Origin: Gekko japonicus
Taxonomy: Eukaryota
Length of the DNA stretch: 64,000 bases
Direction of reading: 5' to 3'
Assembly (NCBI RefSeq): GCF_001447785.1
Contig: NW_015175988.1
Coordinates: forward strand, 657,286 to 721,285
Of the stretch, positions 62,529-64,000 are shown piece by piece (position 1 is the stretch's first letter; the number at the start of each line of letters is the position of its first letter). Below the pieces are notes generated by a model. It was not told the DNA's origin, did no database searches, and was given only the letters and a program-made list of their open reading frames with translations. A program made the translations under genes and the position numbers.

Positions 62529-63923
62529 GCAAGTGACAAAATCTATTTTGTCAAGTTTAAATGGATTGACCTTGTACTAGGAAGATTTTTTGAAAAGTCT
62601 GTGGAAAGGCTGGGCATGTTTTTTTTGAGAATATGTCAGAAAGGTGTCACTAAAGGAATTTTATTCACATCTGACCTATTTCAGTGTTTCTAGAGGGTAT
62701 CATCAGTATATTGAGACTGAATTTGGCAGTCATGAGTGCCCGGTGTTGGTGTTGCCCCACCCTCTGTTGTCCTAGACTGCCTAATGAATGGGCCACCTCT
62801 ACAACAGAGTTATTGAGAGAGTTCTGGTTCTATGTAAAAAAAAAAATGAAAAATCCATGAACTTCTGTTGGTAACATCACAGTACTTCATGTATAGTCAA
62901 TTTGGGAAATCTGAGGCTTATATGCCCACTTGCTTGGATACATAGCAAGGAAATTATATTGGAAATCCAAAATACAATGCACATCCCTAATTTTTCTGAT
63001 TCTCTGGTCTTCCTGTTAAAATAAACAAAATAAAAAAATGTGCTCACAGCTTTTAATATTTTATACCATAAATGTGAACTCAAGGATACTTTTATTGTAA
63101 TTGCTAAAACCTGTACCTGCTTGACATAATAGTGCAATCCTAACTTCAATAGAGTGTAACTCTGCTGAGGCCTGCCCCATTAGAAAGTTTGTTACACCTG
63201 ATGTTTCATTTCCTCTGTCTGATCTGATCCATTCCATACAGCAAGTGCTTTGTCACACCTTGTCTCTGTCTGGGCATTCTAAGGAGTGTCTTGTACGGCT
63301 GTCTCTTGAGAGCACACAGATACCATGCTCAGTTAGACCATGGGTCCATCCAGTCCAGCATCCTGACCATCCACAATGCTCAACCTTATGTCTTCAGGAA
63401 CCTCATAAGCATGCCTGAAAACAGCAGCCTTTCATGTTACTGCCCCCCCTGCAACTGGTGTTCAGAGGTGTATTGCCTGTGAAAATGGACATTGTATCTA
63501 ACCATCATGGCTAATAGCTGCTGTGGATGCCTGTCCTCTAAGAACTTGTCTAGTCCTCTTTTAAAGCCATCTAAGCTTAAGGCTTTTTCTACTTCTCCTG
63601 GCAGTGAATTCCATAAATTAATTATACACTGTGTGCAGGCCAGATGAGAACGGGAATGGTGGCTTGGGCAAACAAGGCTGTCTCCAAGTAGTCCTTCCCT
63701 TTAGCTGGTGCTTGTTTGAGGGGGGATGTTCAAAAGGGCCATAGCGGCTTTGGGTTGCAACAGTTACTATGGTGGTCTTTGCCTACAGATTAAATTGCTG
63801 TACAGACTTGGTCTGGACTTCTATTCCTGTAGAAATACACCTTGAGATATGAAAGCCAACAGTGAAAAACAGACATCCACATCAATATGTATAGAAAAAC
63901 TCAGCTTTTCTCAATCTCCATAG

Positions 63924-64000
63924 GTCAGATGGTATATTCTGTAAGGAGGAGATGTGGCCAACAGCTAGCTATTGAAGCCCCGGTGGAAGCAGATTTGGTT
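63924..64000 (+). CDS. PPAT: PPAT exon 8 (partial, truncated by window edge)
   Basis: ctccatag|GT CAG ATG GTA... = (G)[25 protein letters not shown]. Confidence 0.95.

Noticed and set aside
1-64000. CRISPR arrays or prokaryotic systems
   Set aside because: The sequence is clearly intron-rich vertebrate DNA with no regularly spaced repeat-spacer array.

Overview
Vertebrate genomic DNA, inferred to be a squamate reptile and probably a gecko from its repeats (Sauria SINE, tRNA- and 5S-derived SINEs, CR1/L2, hAT MITEs). It holds the conserved head-to-head purine-synthesis pair: PAICS (minus strand, coding exons 1-3, running off the left edge) and PPAT (plus strand, exons 1-8, running off the right edge), which share a CpG-island bidirectional promoter. 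The main discovery is a hidden multi-exon gene on the minus strand, interleaved with PPAT. It appears to start at its own CpG island in PPAT intron 2 (~54.5-55.2 kb), splice across PPAT exon 2, and place 13 further exons in the ~46.8 kb PPAT intron 1. Manual splicing gives a frame-consistent 14-exon ORF of about 788 aa with three Myb/SANT-like (trihelix, MSANTD-type) DNA-binding domains separated by acidic linkers rich in SUMO motifs. Other oddities: the PPAT exon-1 donor reads GG instead of GT, there are two GC-AG donors, tandem in-frame acceptors, candidate alternative terminal exons, nested transposons, solo LTRs and two assembly gaps. Exon boundaries were read by eye; repeat boundaries without TSD support are approximate.
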